From the NCBI RefSeq assembly GCF_001194135.2, contig NC_068990.1, positions 92,046,036 to 92,087,711 on the forward strand: a stretch of 41,676 nt of DNA, written 5' to 3'. The notes beneath the pieces were generated by a model that had not been told where the DNA came from, did not search any database, and was given only the letters and a program-made list of their open reading frames with translations. The DNA is from Octopus bimaculoides. Its lineage: Eukaryota. The position numbers were made by a program, and so were the translations under genes. This document shows positions 10,423 to 20,874 of this stretch, piece after piece; position 1 is the stretch's first letter, and each line of letters begins with the position of its first letter.

Positions 10423-10534
10423 GGATCGTCTGCAAGAAGTGATACAAATGCTAGGAAACATCAGTAACCCACAGGTAGAGTATATTACACGGACAATGAA
10501 GAAATGGGCTAAAGAAAGCAAGGTTCAGCTGTAA
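10423..10534 (+). CDS. IFT56: IFT56 terminal coding exon (KDRLQEVIQMLGNISNPQVEYITRTMKKWAKESKVQL-stop)
   Basis: attttcag|G GAT...CTG TAA; phase 2 matches previous exon; ends like TTC26 (QVEY..R.MKKWAKE). Confidence 0.96.
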
Positions 10535-11065
10535 ATAGTTATTTTATATTGAAGAGAATTATTTGGACTGAAAGGGAAGTGGTATTAGATTATTAACCTT
10601 ATCTTTTCTGGAGCTTTTCATTTGTAAAACCAATATTTTTACCTACTTTAGTGTGTCCATTCATCATTTACTTTGCCAGTATTCAAACACACATACTGAC
10701 GTTTTTATTTCATGCAAGGTTCTGAAACTTTTACCCTTAAGACTAGTCACACACAAATAATACAAATGTTTGTCAATTTAAGAAGTGCTTAGCCTTTTTT
10801 TGTGATCCTACTTCTAACAACAACAGACTGTATAGTGTGTTTCAATAAGACTTCAGAGTAGTTAAGAATCTGGAGGAGATTTTGTTAAAATAGTTGATAC
10901 AATATTTATTGTTTGTTTACAGTTAAACTGGTGTTTGGAACCCCATAAAAAGTAAATGTTTCCAGCAAATCAAATCTCATATCATTATTCATATAGAAAT
11001 GTTATGATAATGTTATTCATATAATTATGACATTTTCACCAACGTTTTTACATAAATATGAATAT

Positions 11066-11278
11066 TTAAACCCTTTTGATACCATCTTGCCTGGGACTGT
11101 CTATGATTCAGTGATCCAAACTTTCTGCTCTTAAATAATTTAAATTAAAACCTTTTTTAGAATTTCATGTTAATTTTGTTAAATGACTAAGTTATTTTAT
11201 TAACTTACTCGTTATTTTCAAAATTAATTGAAACAATGGCAGTGTTGTTCAGCAGAAATATGGTAATAAAAGGGTCAA
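11066..11278. mobile_element. piggyBac-like MITE, downstream of the IFT56 stop
   Basis: ends TTAAACCCTTTTGATACCA ... TGGTAATAAAAGGGTCAA. Confidence 0.65.
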
Positions 11279-12244
11279 CATTGATGGTCTTAGATATGGT
11301 TGTCTACTTATGGCCAGATATTTTTGCTGTTGCGCAGCCCCAGGTTAACTCTGACCAAACAAAATAGGTGCTCCAGTTGTCACCAGTGCAGTTTTTTTGT
11401 TTTGTTTTTTTTTTCGAGATGGGACGGTGTGATTTGAGGGATTTTTGACTTGTATATCTAACAGGCCAGGGATCACAAATCTTTGGGGACCAATACATAT
11501 CAATAATAATGCTGGGCCTGGAAGTGACTGATATATTTGTTGGGTTTTGAAAACTATAAACTGAGCCAGGAAAGATGAGGTTAACAGTTGAAACCATTGT
11601 TCCATCAGTGTTTGTTAAATTATCACCATTTCTATCTCTTGTCTTTGTTCCCAGTCAAAGACATTTCAACGGTATTCCCTTCCAAACTTCACAAACTTTA
11701 ATCACTACAACTTTCTCAATTCCAGGTTTGATTTAAAACATAAATCTTCCCAGCAACATATTGTAAATACCTGGCTTGTTTGTCAGTGAAAGGAAAGAAA
11801 TGACATGTGAAGTGATGATATTCATGCCTTTCTAAATGGTATTAGAATGTAAGAGAATGGTTGCAACCTAAGATTTTATTGTCTGTCCAAATTTATGACA
11901 CAATTTCAGGAAGGAGATGATTTAGTGCTAAGGGAATGTCTTTGTAGTTTGTTTCAATAATAATATAGATTTCTTAACTTGGTACAAGATTCAAAATTTG
12001 TAGAGGAAAGAGTTTTAGTCAATTAAATCAGTCTCACTATCTATTTTATAAACACTAGAAGGATGAAGATAAAGTTGACCTCCAGCAGGACTGAAACTGT
12101 TGATGTTACTAAATACTATAAGCTATTTAACCTATTTCTACTGCCACATCATCCAATAATGATTGACCAATGCTTTACCATTTACTACATGGATAGCAGT
12201 TCAATCCTTACTTCTGCTGTGGCTGTTGACCTTCTTTCACCTTT

Positions 12245-12432
12245 AGCTTGTTTCAGTCATTGGACTGCAGCCTTGCTGGGTTGAAGGGTTTTAGTTGAAT
12301 AAATCAACCCTTTGGTACTTGTCTTTTTTTTTTTTTTTTTTGAAGTTTGGTACTTATTCTCTCAGTCTCTTTTGGCAAACCACTAAGTTATGGAGATGTA
12401 AACAAACCAACACTGATTGTCGAGTAGTGATG
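12245..12432 (-). mobile_element. Family F tail, decayed
   Basis: similar to 17250-17455. Confidence 0.65.
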
Positions 12433-12433
12433 T

Positions 12434-12455
12434 NNNNNNNNNNNNNNNNNNNNNN
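12434..12455. other. Assembly gap (22 N)
   Basis: direct. Confidence 1.
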
Positions 12456-12974
12456 GGGGGGGGGGGGGAGTGACAAACACAGGTACAGAGACGAGTAAAT
12501 AATTTTGTTAGCCAGGAAGTGACTGAGACAAACTACCCAGGTACCACTCTTATTTCATAGTTGAGCACTTAAGAGTGGGTGGGGGACACATTCTAATGTT
12601 AAGATCCTCCATAATTAGTTCTTAATTGTTCTGATGTGGTAAAAAGAATCATTCTACTTATGCTGTTTATATAAAGTGCCTTTTAAAAAAAAGTGAGGGA
12701 AGCATGAATGTCACCAAATCTTGTCAGCACTCCTACATAAAGCTATAACATCCATATTAGAAAACTATAATATAAGAAAAAAAATACACCATTAAAGAAC
12801 AAATAAAATATGTAACATAAAAAAAAATGTGTAAAACTTTTATTTCTCTGCAATAATTAACAATTCAATGGTTTTAAAAAGCATCCACTACACTCTTGGA
12901 GTGGTTGGCTAACTACATCTCTACATCTTCCACATTCAGAGCCTATCTTTTTTCTGTCAGTTTGCCTGTGATCC

Positions 12975-13360
12975 CTTGTATTGCTGTGATTAAGAAGTTT
13001 GCTTTCTGGCCACATGGTTTCAAGTTCAATCACACTGCGTGGCACATTGGGCAAAGTGTCTTCCACTACAGCCCCACACTGACCAAAGTTTTACGAGCGA
13101 ATCTAGGAGACAGAAACTGAAAGGTACCCATCGTGTGTGTGTGTGTGTGTGTGTGCCTCCTTGATTTGACATTACATGGAAGCTGTAAATGAGTCACTGT
13201 TATACAAGTGGTGTCATTCATTTACAATCTTTCATGGAAAACTGTTACTTTGGTTAAAAACAAGTGAGAGCAACTGGAAGAGCATCCAGCTGAAGGAAAT
13301 TCACCTCACTGAATTCTGTCTGATTCATGCCAGCACGGAAAAGGGGACATTATGATGATG
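12975..13360 (+). mobile_element. Family C head, (GT)n, family G tail composite
   Basis: similar to 4890-5110 and 5510-5752. Confidence 0.7.
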
Positions 13361-13694
13361 AATGCTAGACAGGTTACAGTTGATGTAATAATCACAGAAC
13401 AGACTGACAAAAACAAAAGATTGTAGTTTTTCTTTTTTTTTTTTTTTTTAATTAGTTTATTCAATTTCAACTTGAAACAATAAAATAGCAACAACAGAAA
13501 TTATAATCTAAGACTCAGAATATAACTTCTTCAAAACCTTTGGTATCTCCTTTTGTTCTATAATAAATAAATATAAATAATAAGAATACATAACAAACAA
13601 TGGAAGTTCTTTTTGTTCTGGAATTGATTGGAACACAGTGAAAGAATATTCTTTTAAATAGTTTTAAAACATATTTTGGTGTTTGTTGTATAAA

Positions 13695-13866
13695 CTACTG
13701 GATTGCTTTTGATCTAGTTTCTTCCTGGTGACAGTCAATTCTTTGGTTGGTCGATTCCAATGACAAATGATGAAATAAATAGATTTCCTCCTCCAAACTG
13801 GACAGACTGGAGGATGATGTGAGTTTAAAATGTTTGGCAATAATGGGTGGTAGACTAAGATGGAAC
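13695..13866 (-). CDS. AGBL5: Tentative AGBL5 terminal exon, frame unresolved
   Basis: good acceptor ctcttttatttcag|G; phase 2 gives RFHLSLPP...KAIQ-stop (13695), phase 0 gives VPS-stop (13855); AATAAA on - at 13456-13461. Confidence 0.25.
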
Positions 13867-14076
13867 CTGAAATAAAAGAGAGACACTGTTTAAGAGTGAT
13901 GAATGCCACAAGACAAATGGTACAAGAGATCAAGGAATATTCTTCCAAAGCAAACACTTTTGACAATGGTGATACTGGTGGCACTACCCACATCACCACA
14001 GCAAACCCATGGAATCCCAAGAAATAACAGACTGAAAACAACTATTTTGAAGACAATGGAAAAGTAGACGACTCAC

Positions 14077-14152
14077 TTCTGGTTCTTTGGCAGATTTAGA
14101 ACAATTCCTTAGAGGACATCCTTCGAGTTGAAACGGTAACCTGTTGACATTG
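14077..14152 (-). CDS. AGBL5: Tentative AGBL5 exon (SNVNRLPFQLEGCPLRNCSKSAKEPE)
   Basis: cttcatttcag|C...GAA|gtgagt; 76 nt, phase 2-0. Confidence 0.4.
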
Positions 14153-14309
14153 CTGAAATGAAGACAGGCACACAGAACAGATATTATTATTGCAGTAGAA
14201 GTAGTAGTGGTGGTGCTAGTAGATGATCTAGCTTTCTTTATTGGCATTAATTTGTGGACATAAGAGTTGTATTATCAAGATGGCTGAGCAGACATATTTG
14301 TGCAACGAT

Positions 14310-14601
14310 GGGGAAATTTTGAACCTGGGTTCTCATTCCTAAGGTATTTTTCAATATTATTATTATTATTATTATCATTATTCAGGTCACTGCCTGGAAT
14401 TGAACTTGAAATTTTGGGGTTAGTAGCCTGTGCTCTTAAGTGACCTGAATAATAATAATAACATCGGAAAATGCCTTAGGAATGAGAACCCAGGTTCAAA
14501 ATTTCCCCAAGACACCTGATGAAGGCTGGAGGGTATATCAGCCGAAACGTGTTAGCAACAAACAAGATGAGGACAAATATCTGTCAAATGTAAATAATGT
14601 A
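14310..14601. mobile_element. Family E: tRNA-headed repeat with hammerhead motif, inverted-duplication structure
   Basis: inverted arms 14310-14390 and 14440-14508; tRNA-like head with B-box-like AGTTCAATTCC on - in the loop; hammerhead motif on + at 14511-14553. Confidence 0.8.
14511..14553 (+). ncRNA. Minimal type I hammerhead ribozyme motif (decayed)
   Basis: GACAC CTGATGA A GGCTG-10nt-CAGCC GAAAC GTGTT; stems I and II and core present, cleavage triplet deleted. Confidence 0.7.
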
Positions 14602-14655
14602 AAAAAAAAAAAACATACACACAAAGAAAACTAGTGATGATATAAGTAAACTTAC

Positions 14656-14716
14656 CTGAAAGATAAATTTACAAAACTTTGGAAGGTAGCAGCTTTAGTT
14701 ATTGAACATCTATAAT
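14656..14716 (-). CDS. AGBL5: Tentative short AGBL5 exon (HYRCSITKAATFQSFVNLSF); alternative acceptor at 14788
   Basis: strong donor TTCAG|gtaagt; acceptors tttaaag| (14716) and atttcag| (14788) both give phase 1-2. Confidence 0.3.
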
Positions 14717-14911
14717 CTTTAAACAGAACAACAGTTAAATAGACTTTGATAAACAAAGAGACAAATATGTTTTTCAACAGAAAATAGGCTGAAATATGAA
14801 ACCTATTTAAGGATTGTAAATCAAAGATTGTGATGAGATTCTTGGAATGCAATTTCAGAACATAAATATGATGAAAACTGTTTTCACATCCTACTTGTCT
14901 CTTTATGGATG

Positions 14912-14945
<34 letters not shown>

Positions 14946-15171
14946 CGTGCATGCAGCTGACACTCCTCAACCACAGATGACATTTATCCTCTGGGCAGCA
15001 ACTTTTCTTCCCCTCACAGAACTTTTCAACATTCCAGTTGTTTTTATCATCAGCAAGCAAACCAGGGCTGTATATATTTCCCTCCAGCATGAAAGACGCT
15101 ATGTGCTTGCAGCCAGCATGCCTGTGGTATTGTCAATATTTCCAAGTGCAATCCTCATTGTGCACCTATCA

Positions 15172-15305
15172 TTAACCCTTTCGCTATTGTATTTATTTTG
15201 AGATGCTCTGTGTTTCTTTCAATTACTTTAAATATAACAAAGAATTTAGTAAAATAACTCAGTTATCATTAAGCTGGTGTTAGGAACATAAATTGTGACT
15301 GAGGT
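15172..15305. mobile_element. Partial copy of the same MITE family
   Basis: TTAACCCTTT start and TTTCAATTA...AATTTAGTAAAATAAC core; another partial copy near 30088-30185. Confidence 0.6.
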
Positions 15306-15570
15306 TTGGTGTTGTGTTCTTGAGCAAGACACTTTATTTCACGTTGCTCCAGTTCACTCAGCTGTAGAAATGAGTTGCGACGTCACCAGTGCCAAGCTGT
15401 ACAGGCCCCTTTGCCTTTCCCTTGGATAACATCAGTGGTGTGGAGAGGGGAGGCTGGTATGCATGGGCAACTGCTGGTCTTCCATGAACAACCTTGCCCG
15501 GAATTGTGCCTGGGAGGGTAACATTCTAGGTACAATCCCATGGTCATTCATGACCGAAGGGGGGGTCTCC
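15306..15570 (+). mobile_element. Family D dispersed repeat
   Basis: GTGTTCTTGAGCAAGACACTTTATTTC start (CORE-like); colinear with 3028-3258. Confidence 0.85.
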
Positions 15571-15866
15571 TCCAATGGATTGGTATATAGGACTAAACCC
15601 ACCGTCCCTCTTTACCATCTGTCTCATACTCATTCTGCTTTGCTGACATGGGTTGGGAAGTCATCAGCCACCATATAGTCCTCCATCACCATCTTCATGT
15701 TTGTGTTGAAAAACAAAAATTAAATACCAAGAACAAAAAAGAAAAAATATTAGCAAAAATAGAACTAAGTTAAGGCAATAACAATAACAACAACAAAAAT
15801 TTCTAGAATTGGTTTTAGTGAACTGTTGTGCAGCTGAATGAGGTAAAATTCTCCACGATACTTTAC

Positions 15867-16012
15867 GTTTGTGAGAAAATTTTTCATGTGCTGCGCTGTC
15901 TCGGCGCTCATTCTTCAAATGGTTTCTAGTGATGGCGTTGGATCTGAGACTGTTTACTGCTGGTTTTCTCTTGAACAAACTATATTTTCGTTTCTTTTTC
16001 GGTGGCATATTT
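15867..16012 (-). CDS. AGBL5: Possible AGBL5 tail exon (RNMPPKKKRKYSLFKRKP...EKFSHK)
   Basis: atctgcag|A AAT ATG; phase 2 matches the 20875 donor; putative donor AAAC|gtaaag (phase 1); basic, coding-like. Confidence 0.55.
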
Positions 16013-16642
16013 CTGCAGATACATGGCAGAAAGTGAAGAGATCACAGTAAGTAACACACTTGGGTATAAGCATACAAACACACACATATGTGGTTGGGAA
16101 GCAAATTTCTTACCATACAGACATGCCTCTATGAATAACAAGTGTATGTACATACATAAATGTATATAGACAGACAGAGAAATATGTGTATATCTATATA
16201 TATATTCTCCCTCCCCTTCGATTAACTCCTGCCCAGCGCCTGTTTGGGGCCTGTTTGGGGCTATATAACCAACACACGCGGCCGACTCCTTCACTTGCTC
16301 CTAAAATCCTTGCCGAATTAATACGACCATAACAGAATGACCAAATAAGTCTTTCTCTGTCTTCAGCCAGGCTTCCACTATCCACTAACTACTTATTTTT
16401 GCCTCTGATCTACTTATTTCCATGTTTTCAGTTGTATTTCCTCGCACAGACACTTAAAGCTAAAACTTGTCTTAGAAGTAGCTGGACACCATCCTGTATT
16501 TACTGTGTACAAACGATAGAAATCCCTAAAATCCTCGTGCTATGAATAACCCGCTTTCTCTCTTTTAATCTTTCTCATTCATTTTCCCTCCCTCTCTGTT
16601 TAACCTGTCTGTGTCTCTCCCGATATTTATTTCACTATGTAT

Positions 16643-16752
16643 NNNNNNNNNNNNNNNNNNNNNNNNNNNNNNNNNNNNNNNNNNNNNNNNNNNNNNNNNN
16701 NNNNNNNNNNNNNNNNNNNNNNNNNNNNNNNNNNNNNNNNNNNNNNNNNNNN
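16643..16752. other. Assembly gap (110 N)
   Basis: direct. Confidence 1.
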
Positions 16753-16835
16753 TATATATATATATATATTCTCCCTCCCCTTCGATTAACTGGAAGGCGG
16801 ACGTTAAACGATGATGATGATGATGATGATGACAT

Positions 16836-16898
<63 letters not shown>

Positions 16899-17249
16899 CA
16901 CACATATAGACTCACACACACATATATGTACACATACGCAAATACACAGAGCTGTGTTAGTGTTAATATATTTAATGCAGAATGTATTATTACACACACA
17001 CAGTGATGCAAGCATGGATGAGTGATTAAGAAGCTTGCTTCACAGCCTTAAAGTCCCAGGTTCAGTCCCACTGCGGGACAAATGTCTTGGGTTGACCCGA
17101 GAGTGTGGATGGTGGAAACTGAGTAGAAGCCTGCTTAGGGGTTACTGTAATATTACACAGTGTCATGTTGATTCATCCTAAGAATTATATTAATGGTAGA
17201 TGTCTCAGAGGAATACTCAGCCATATTGCATGCTAATTCAATGAGTGGA

Positions 17250-17463
17250 TAGTTTTTTTATTTGTTTCAGTCATTTGACTGCGGCCATCCTGGAGCACCG
17301 CCTTTAATCAAGCAATCAACCCCAGGACTTATTCTTTGTAAGCCTAGTACTTATTGTACCAGTCTCTTTTGGCCGGACTGCTTAGTTACGGGGATGTAAA
17401 CACACCAGCATCGGTTGTCAAGCGATGCTGGGGGGACAAACACAGACAGACAAACACATACAT

Positions 17464-17501
<38 letters not shown>

Positions 17502-17665
17502 GATGGGCTTCTTTCAGTTTCCGTCTGCCAAATCCACTCACAAGGCTTTGGTCGGCCTAAGGCTATAGTAGAGGACACTTGCCCAAGGTGCCACGCAGTG
17601 GGGCTGAACCCGGAACCATGTGGTTGGTAAGCAAGTTACTTACCACACAGCCACTCCTGCACCAA
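17250..17665 (-). mobile_element. Family C head, (AT)n/(GT)n, family F tail composite SINE
   Basis: head 17500-17665, microsatellite 17455-17500, tail 17250-17455. Confidence 0.85.
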
Positions 17666-18486
17666 AATATGAAAAAATTAATTATCATTATAATTGTTTT
17701 AGTATCTACTTTCCCTGCTTGGATGGGTCAGACATGACTACATTGGGGCAAAGTCTTCCTGACCCCAACCTTCACCTGTTTCAAAGCAAAGAAATAACCC
17801 CCCACCCCAGTCTCTCAAACAATCAACAACTCAGACAGGGTTACATGGAGGATGGGAAACAAACAACATCATTCTTATGAAGTGTGAGCATTTTCTGTTT
17901 ACAACGTGTGTGCAACATATCAAGAAGTCTAGGTTGTAATTAACCTCCAGGTGTTCTCGTTAGTGGCTTATAGTTGCAACCTGTTATTTTAGAACATGGC
18001 TAGAAATAATTAACTGACATGTTTTGTTGTGTGATATATGTAGCTACCCTTGGGTCAATGGGAACTGAATGGGGAGGAATTTGTGAAGCCAGGATTAAGT
18101 ACAAACTAAAACTTAATCAGAATAAGTGTGGTGAACACCTTGGGGAAAGGGGTCGTTTAGAGTGTTTCAGCAGAGTATAATTTGAGAAATTATAGTTGAA
18201 ATGGAAGTTAATTCTAGATCAAACATGACGGAGAACAAAATAATCCATGTAAAAAAAAACAAAAAAAAACATGAAAATATTCAGAAAAAAAAATCCACAA
18301 AGTAAATAAAATAGAATATAGTGAAGCAATTAGTATCTAGAAATTAATATCATTATCGTTTAACGACCACTTTCCATGCTTGCACAGGTCAGATGGAATT
18401 TTTTGAGGCAGGTTCTTCTATAGCCAGGTGCCCTTCCAGTTGCCAACCTTTACCTAAGGCAATGTTTGTCCATGGCCAAGAATGTT

Positions 18487-18750
18487 TATCATCATCATCA
18501 TCATCATTGTCATCGTTTAACGTCCGCTTTCCATGCTGGCATGGGTTGGATGGTTTGACTGAAGACTGGCAAGCCAGAAGGCTGCATCTGGCTCCAATCT
18601 GATCTGGCAAAGTTTCTACAGCTGGATGCCATTCCTATCACCAACCACTCCGGGAGTGTAATAGGTGCTTTTTACATGCCACCGGCTTGGGAGCCAGTCA
18701 GGCAGCACTGGTATCAACCATGCTCAAATGGTGCTTTTTATGTGCCAGTG
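18487..18750 (-). mobile_element. Family B
   Basis: colinear with 39145-39485. Confidence 0.85.
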
Positions 18751-18829
18751 AAAGACTGAAAATGAACAACACAGCTTATATGGTCACGATGCTAGTTTAC
18801 AACCCTCACATGATGTGAAGACAAGGGTT

Positions 18830-19000
18830 GATACACATGCGCACACACTGCTTTTAGTTTCCATTGACCAAATACACAGACAAGGCTTTGGCCAGCCCTA
18901 GGCTAAAGTAGAAGACACTTGCCCAAGGTGCCATACAGTGGGATTGAACTCAAGGCCACATGACTGTGAAGCAAGCTTCTTAACCACACAGCCATCCCAA
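18830..19000 (-). mobile_element. Family C
   Basis: GAAGACACTTGCCCAAGGTGCC...GGGATTGAAC. Confidence 0.8.
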
Positions 19001-19608
19001 CATCTAATATATGGTGTAATAATTAAACACAATTATTAAATTCTAAATGACACAACACAGAGAGGGGGGGAATGTGCAAAGCTGAAAAAAAAAAATGATG
19101 ACAAAATTTAGCAGAGACAACCACAATAATCAGAGGTAAGTGAAACGAAAACAACCAGGTAGGTAGGTAGGTAGGTAGGTAGGGCTGCAGTTGGTACAAA
19201 TCGAAGAAGACAAAGCTACACACACAATGAAGGGAGGAGGCTGAGGCTACAGAATGAGCGGAACTAACAGCAGACAGAAATACAATAAAGATGTACAACA
19301 GTCATTTCGAATGTGCTGCGAGTAGGGGGAGGAAGAGGAGGAGGAAAGAGAAATCTGGAGAACAACCTCTAAACCTTAACTGGAAGTGGTAGCCATAATA
19401 GGAGTGTCGTGTTAAAAAGATGATACAAGTGTTGAGACCAAGTGCTTCATTATCTCACATGTTGATGCTATTCACTAAACGAGTCTGTGGAACAAGAGAA
19501 GTTGGTTAGAAATGAAATTTTAGACATTGGAACAGTTAAATATGCAATCTATAACACAGCCATTAAATTTCAAAATACAAATCTTAAAAAGAGAAAATGT
19601 TGCAAACA

Positions 19609-20540
19609 TACAGCGTAGGTGTTTATGAAAGGGTCCCTATACAGAGTGTTTATGAAAATCCTGCTCTTTATGTAAAAATAACCTGCTTTATATATATGTT
19701 AATAAAGAAACAACTGCTATTTATATATATAAACATCAAGAAAGTGTTTATAAAAGAGTTAATCTGTATATTAATTTAAGCATTCATAAAAAGTTTGTAG
19801 ACGCATAAAGACATTTATAAGAAACCTGTTACCTCTACATAATATAAAAATGTAAATGCTTTTTAAACCTGAAGTGATTTCAAAGGGTCACGGCTTAGCT
19901 CTGATTTTACCACATCACTGAGATTCAATGCATCAACCACATTTGAGCATGGAATTATTTGTTCCATTGCTTCAACAGCCAGTTGTTCAAGTGCTCTTAG
20001 CTTAAGCTCCTTAATCATCAATCCACTCAGTGTTACTGATAGAATATTAGGAAGTTTATTCACCAATTCTTGTTTGACATAACTTTCCACTATTCACCAA
20101 ATTGGTTCAATTGGATTGAACACAGGACTGCAGGGCACCATTTGTTAAACTTTACACATTGAAAACTGATCTTCATTATGAACTTGCTCCATTTCAGAAT
20201 GAGATGGGGGCATTACCAATTACCAGAACTACTGATCTGCCATATTCTTTTCTCTAGGCACAAGGCACAAATTTTTGGAGGAGGGGCCCAGTCGATTAGA
20301 TCAACCACAGTACGCAACTGGTACTTAATTTATCGACCCCAAAAGGATGAAAGGTAAAGTCGACCTCTGTGGAATTTGAACTCAGAACGTAAAAAGACAG
20401 ACGAAATACCGCTAAGCATTTTGCCCAGCGTGCTAACAATTCTGCCAGCTCACTGCCTTACTGATCTGCCATAGTGACTAAATGTCTTGATTAGGCAATG
20501 CCTCATCCATTCTTGGCATCGCTTCCATAAGACCCCACAT
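19609..20540 (-). mobile_element. Tc1/IS630-like (DDE_3) transposon fossil, 3' half
   Basis: after removing the nested SINE and one frameshift: EWMRHCLIKTFSHYGRSVVLVIGNAPSHSE...VPCSPVFNPIEPIW*IVESYVKQEL...; end TA|CAGCGTAGG at 19609-19611; GTGTTTATGAAA repeats at 19619 and 19646. Confidence 0.85.
20245..20458 (-). mobile_element. Family A tRNA-derived SINE nested in the Tc1 transposase, 15-bp TSD
   Basis: TACTGATCTGCCATA at 20230-20244 and 20459-20473; B-box-like GAGTTCAAATTCC on -. Confidence 0.9.
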
Positions 20541-20874
20541 TCAAAGAGCTGGATGCTCTTCCTGATGCCAACCCCTTTACAGAGTGTACAGGGCACTTTT
20601 TCTCGTGACACCAGCACTTGTGAAGTGGTCAAGAAAGGAAAAGAAAACAGACCCCATGATTGAATGAGTGTGTATTTGAGAGAGTGGGAGGTGGCTTTAT
20701 GCTAACTGACCTGGGGTCAAACAACAAATTCCACACTGAAATACAAGACTTCTGACAATGATGAAGAATGATCAAACTAAGAGATGACCAATGAAAGACA
20801 GATCCCATCATGGTCAGTGTTAACAGAATGAAGAGGGGCACTAATTAGCAGAAGAGAATAAATTAATGAATTAC

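Noticed and set aside
13890-14035. Plus-strand short ORF MNATRQMVQEIKEY...
   Set aside because: Under 50 aa, no homology recognised, antisense to probable AGBL5 3' exons.
14391-14439. tRNA gene
   Set aside because: Only anticodon and T-arm-like parts, decayed, no acceptor stem; it is a SINE head.
15010-15060. CTGATGA...GTTGAAA on - as a hammerhead, or LLADD as an RT motif
   Set aside because: Stem II is only 3 bp, no cleavage triplet or stem I; no other RT motifs nearby.
15655-15680. GGCTGATGAC on -
   Set aside because: Part of a decayed family B 3' end; no GAAA.
16762-16790. Duplicate of 16200-16228 as a TSD
   Set aside because: Abuts a gap and an (AT)n run, so it cannot be told from an assembly artefact.
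19863-20090. ORF MESYVKQEL... as the last AGBL5 exon
   Set aside because: Upstream in-frame SPVFNPIE..W and VVLVI.NAP motifs identify it as a Tc1-like transposase.
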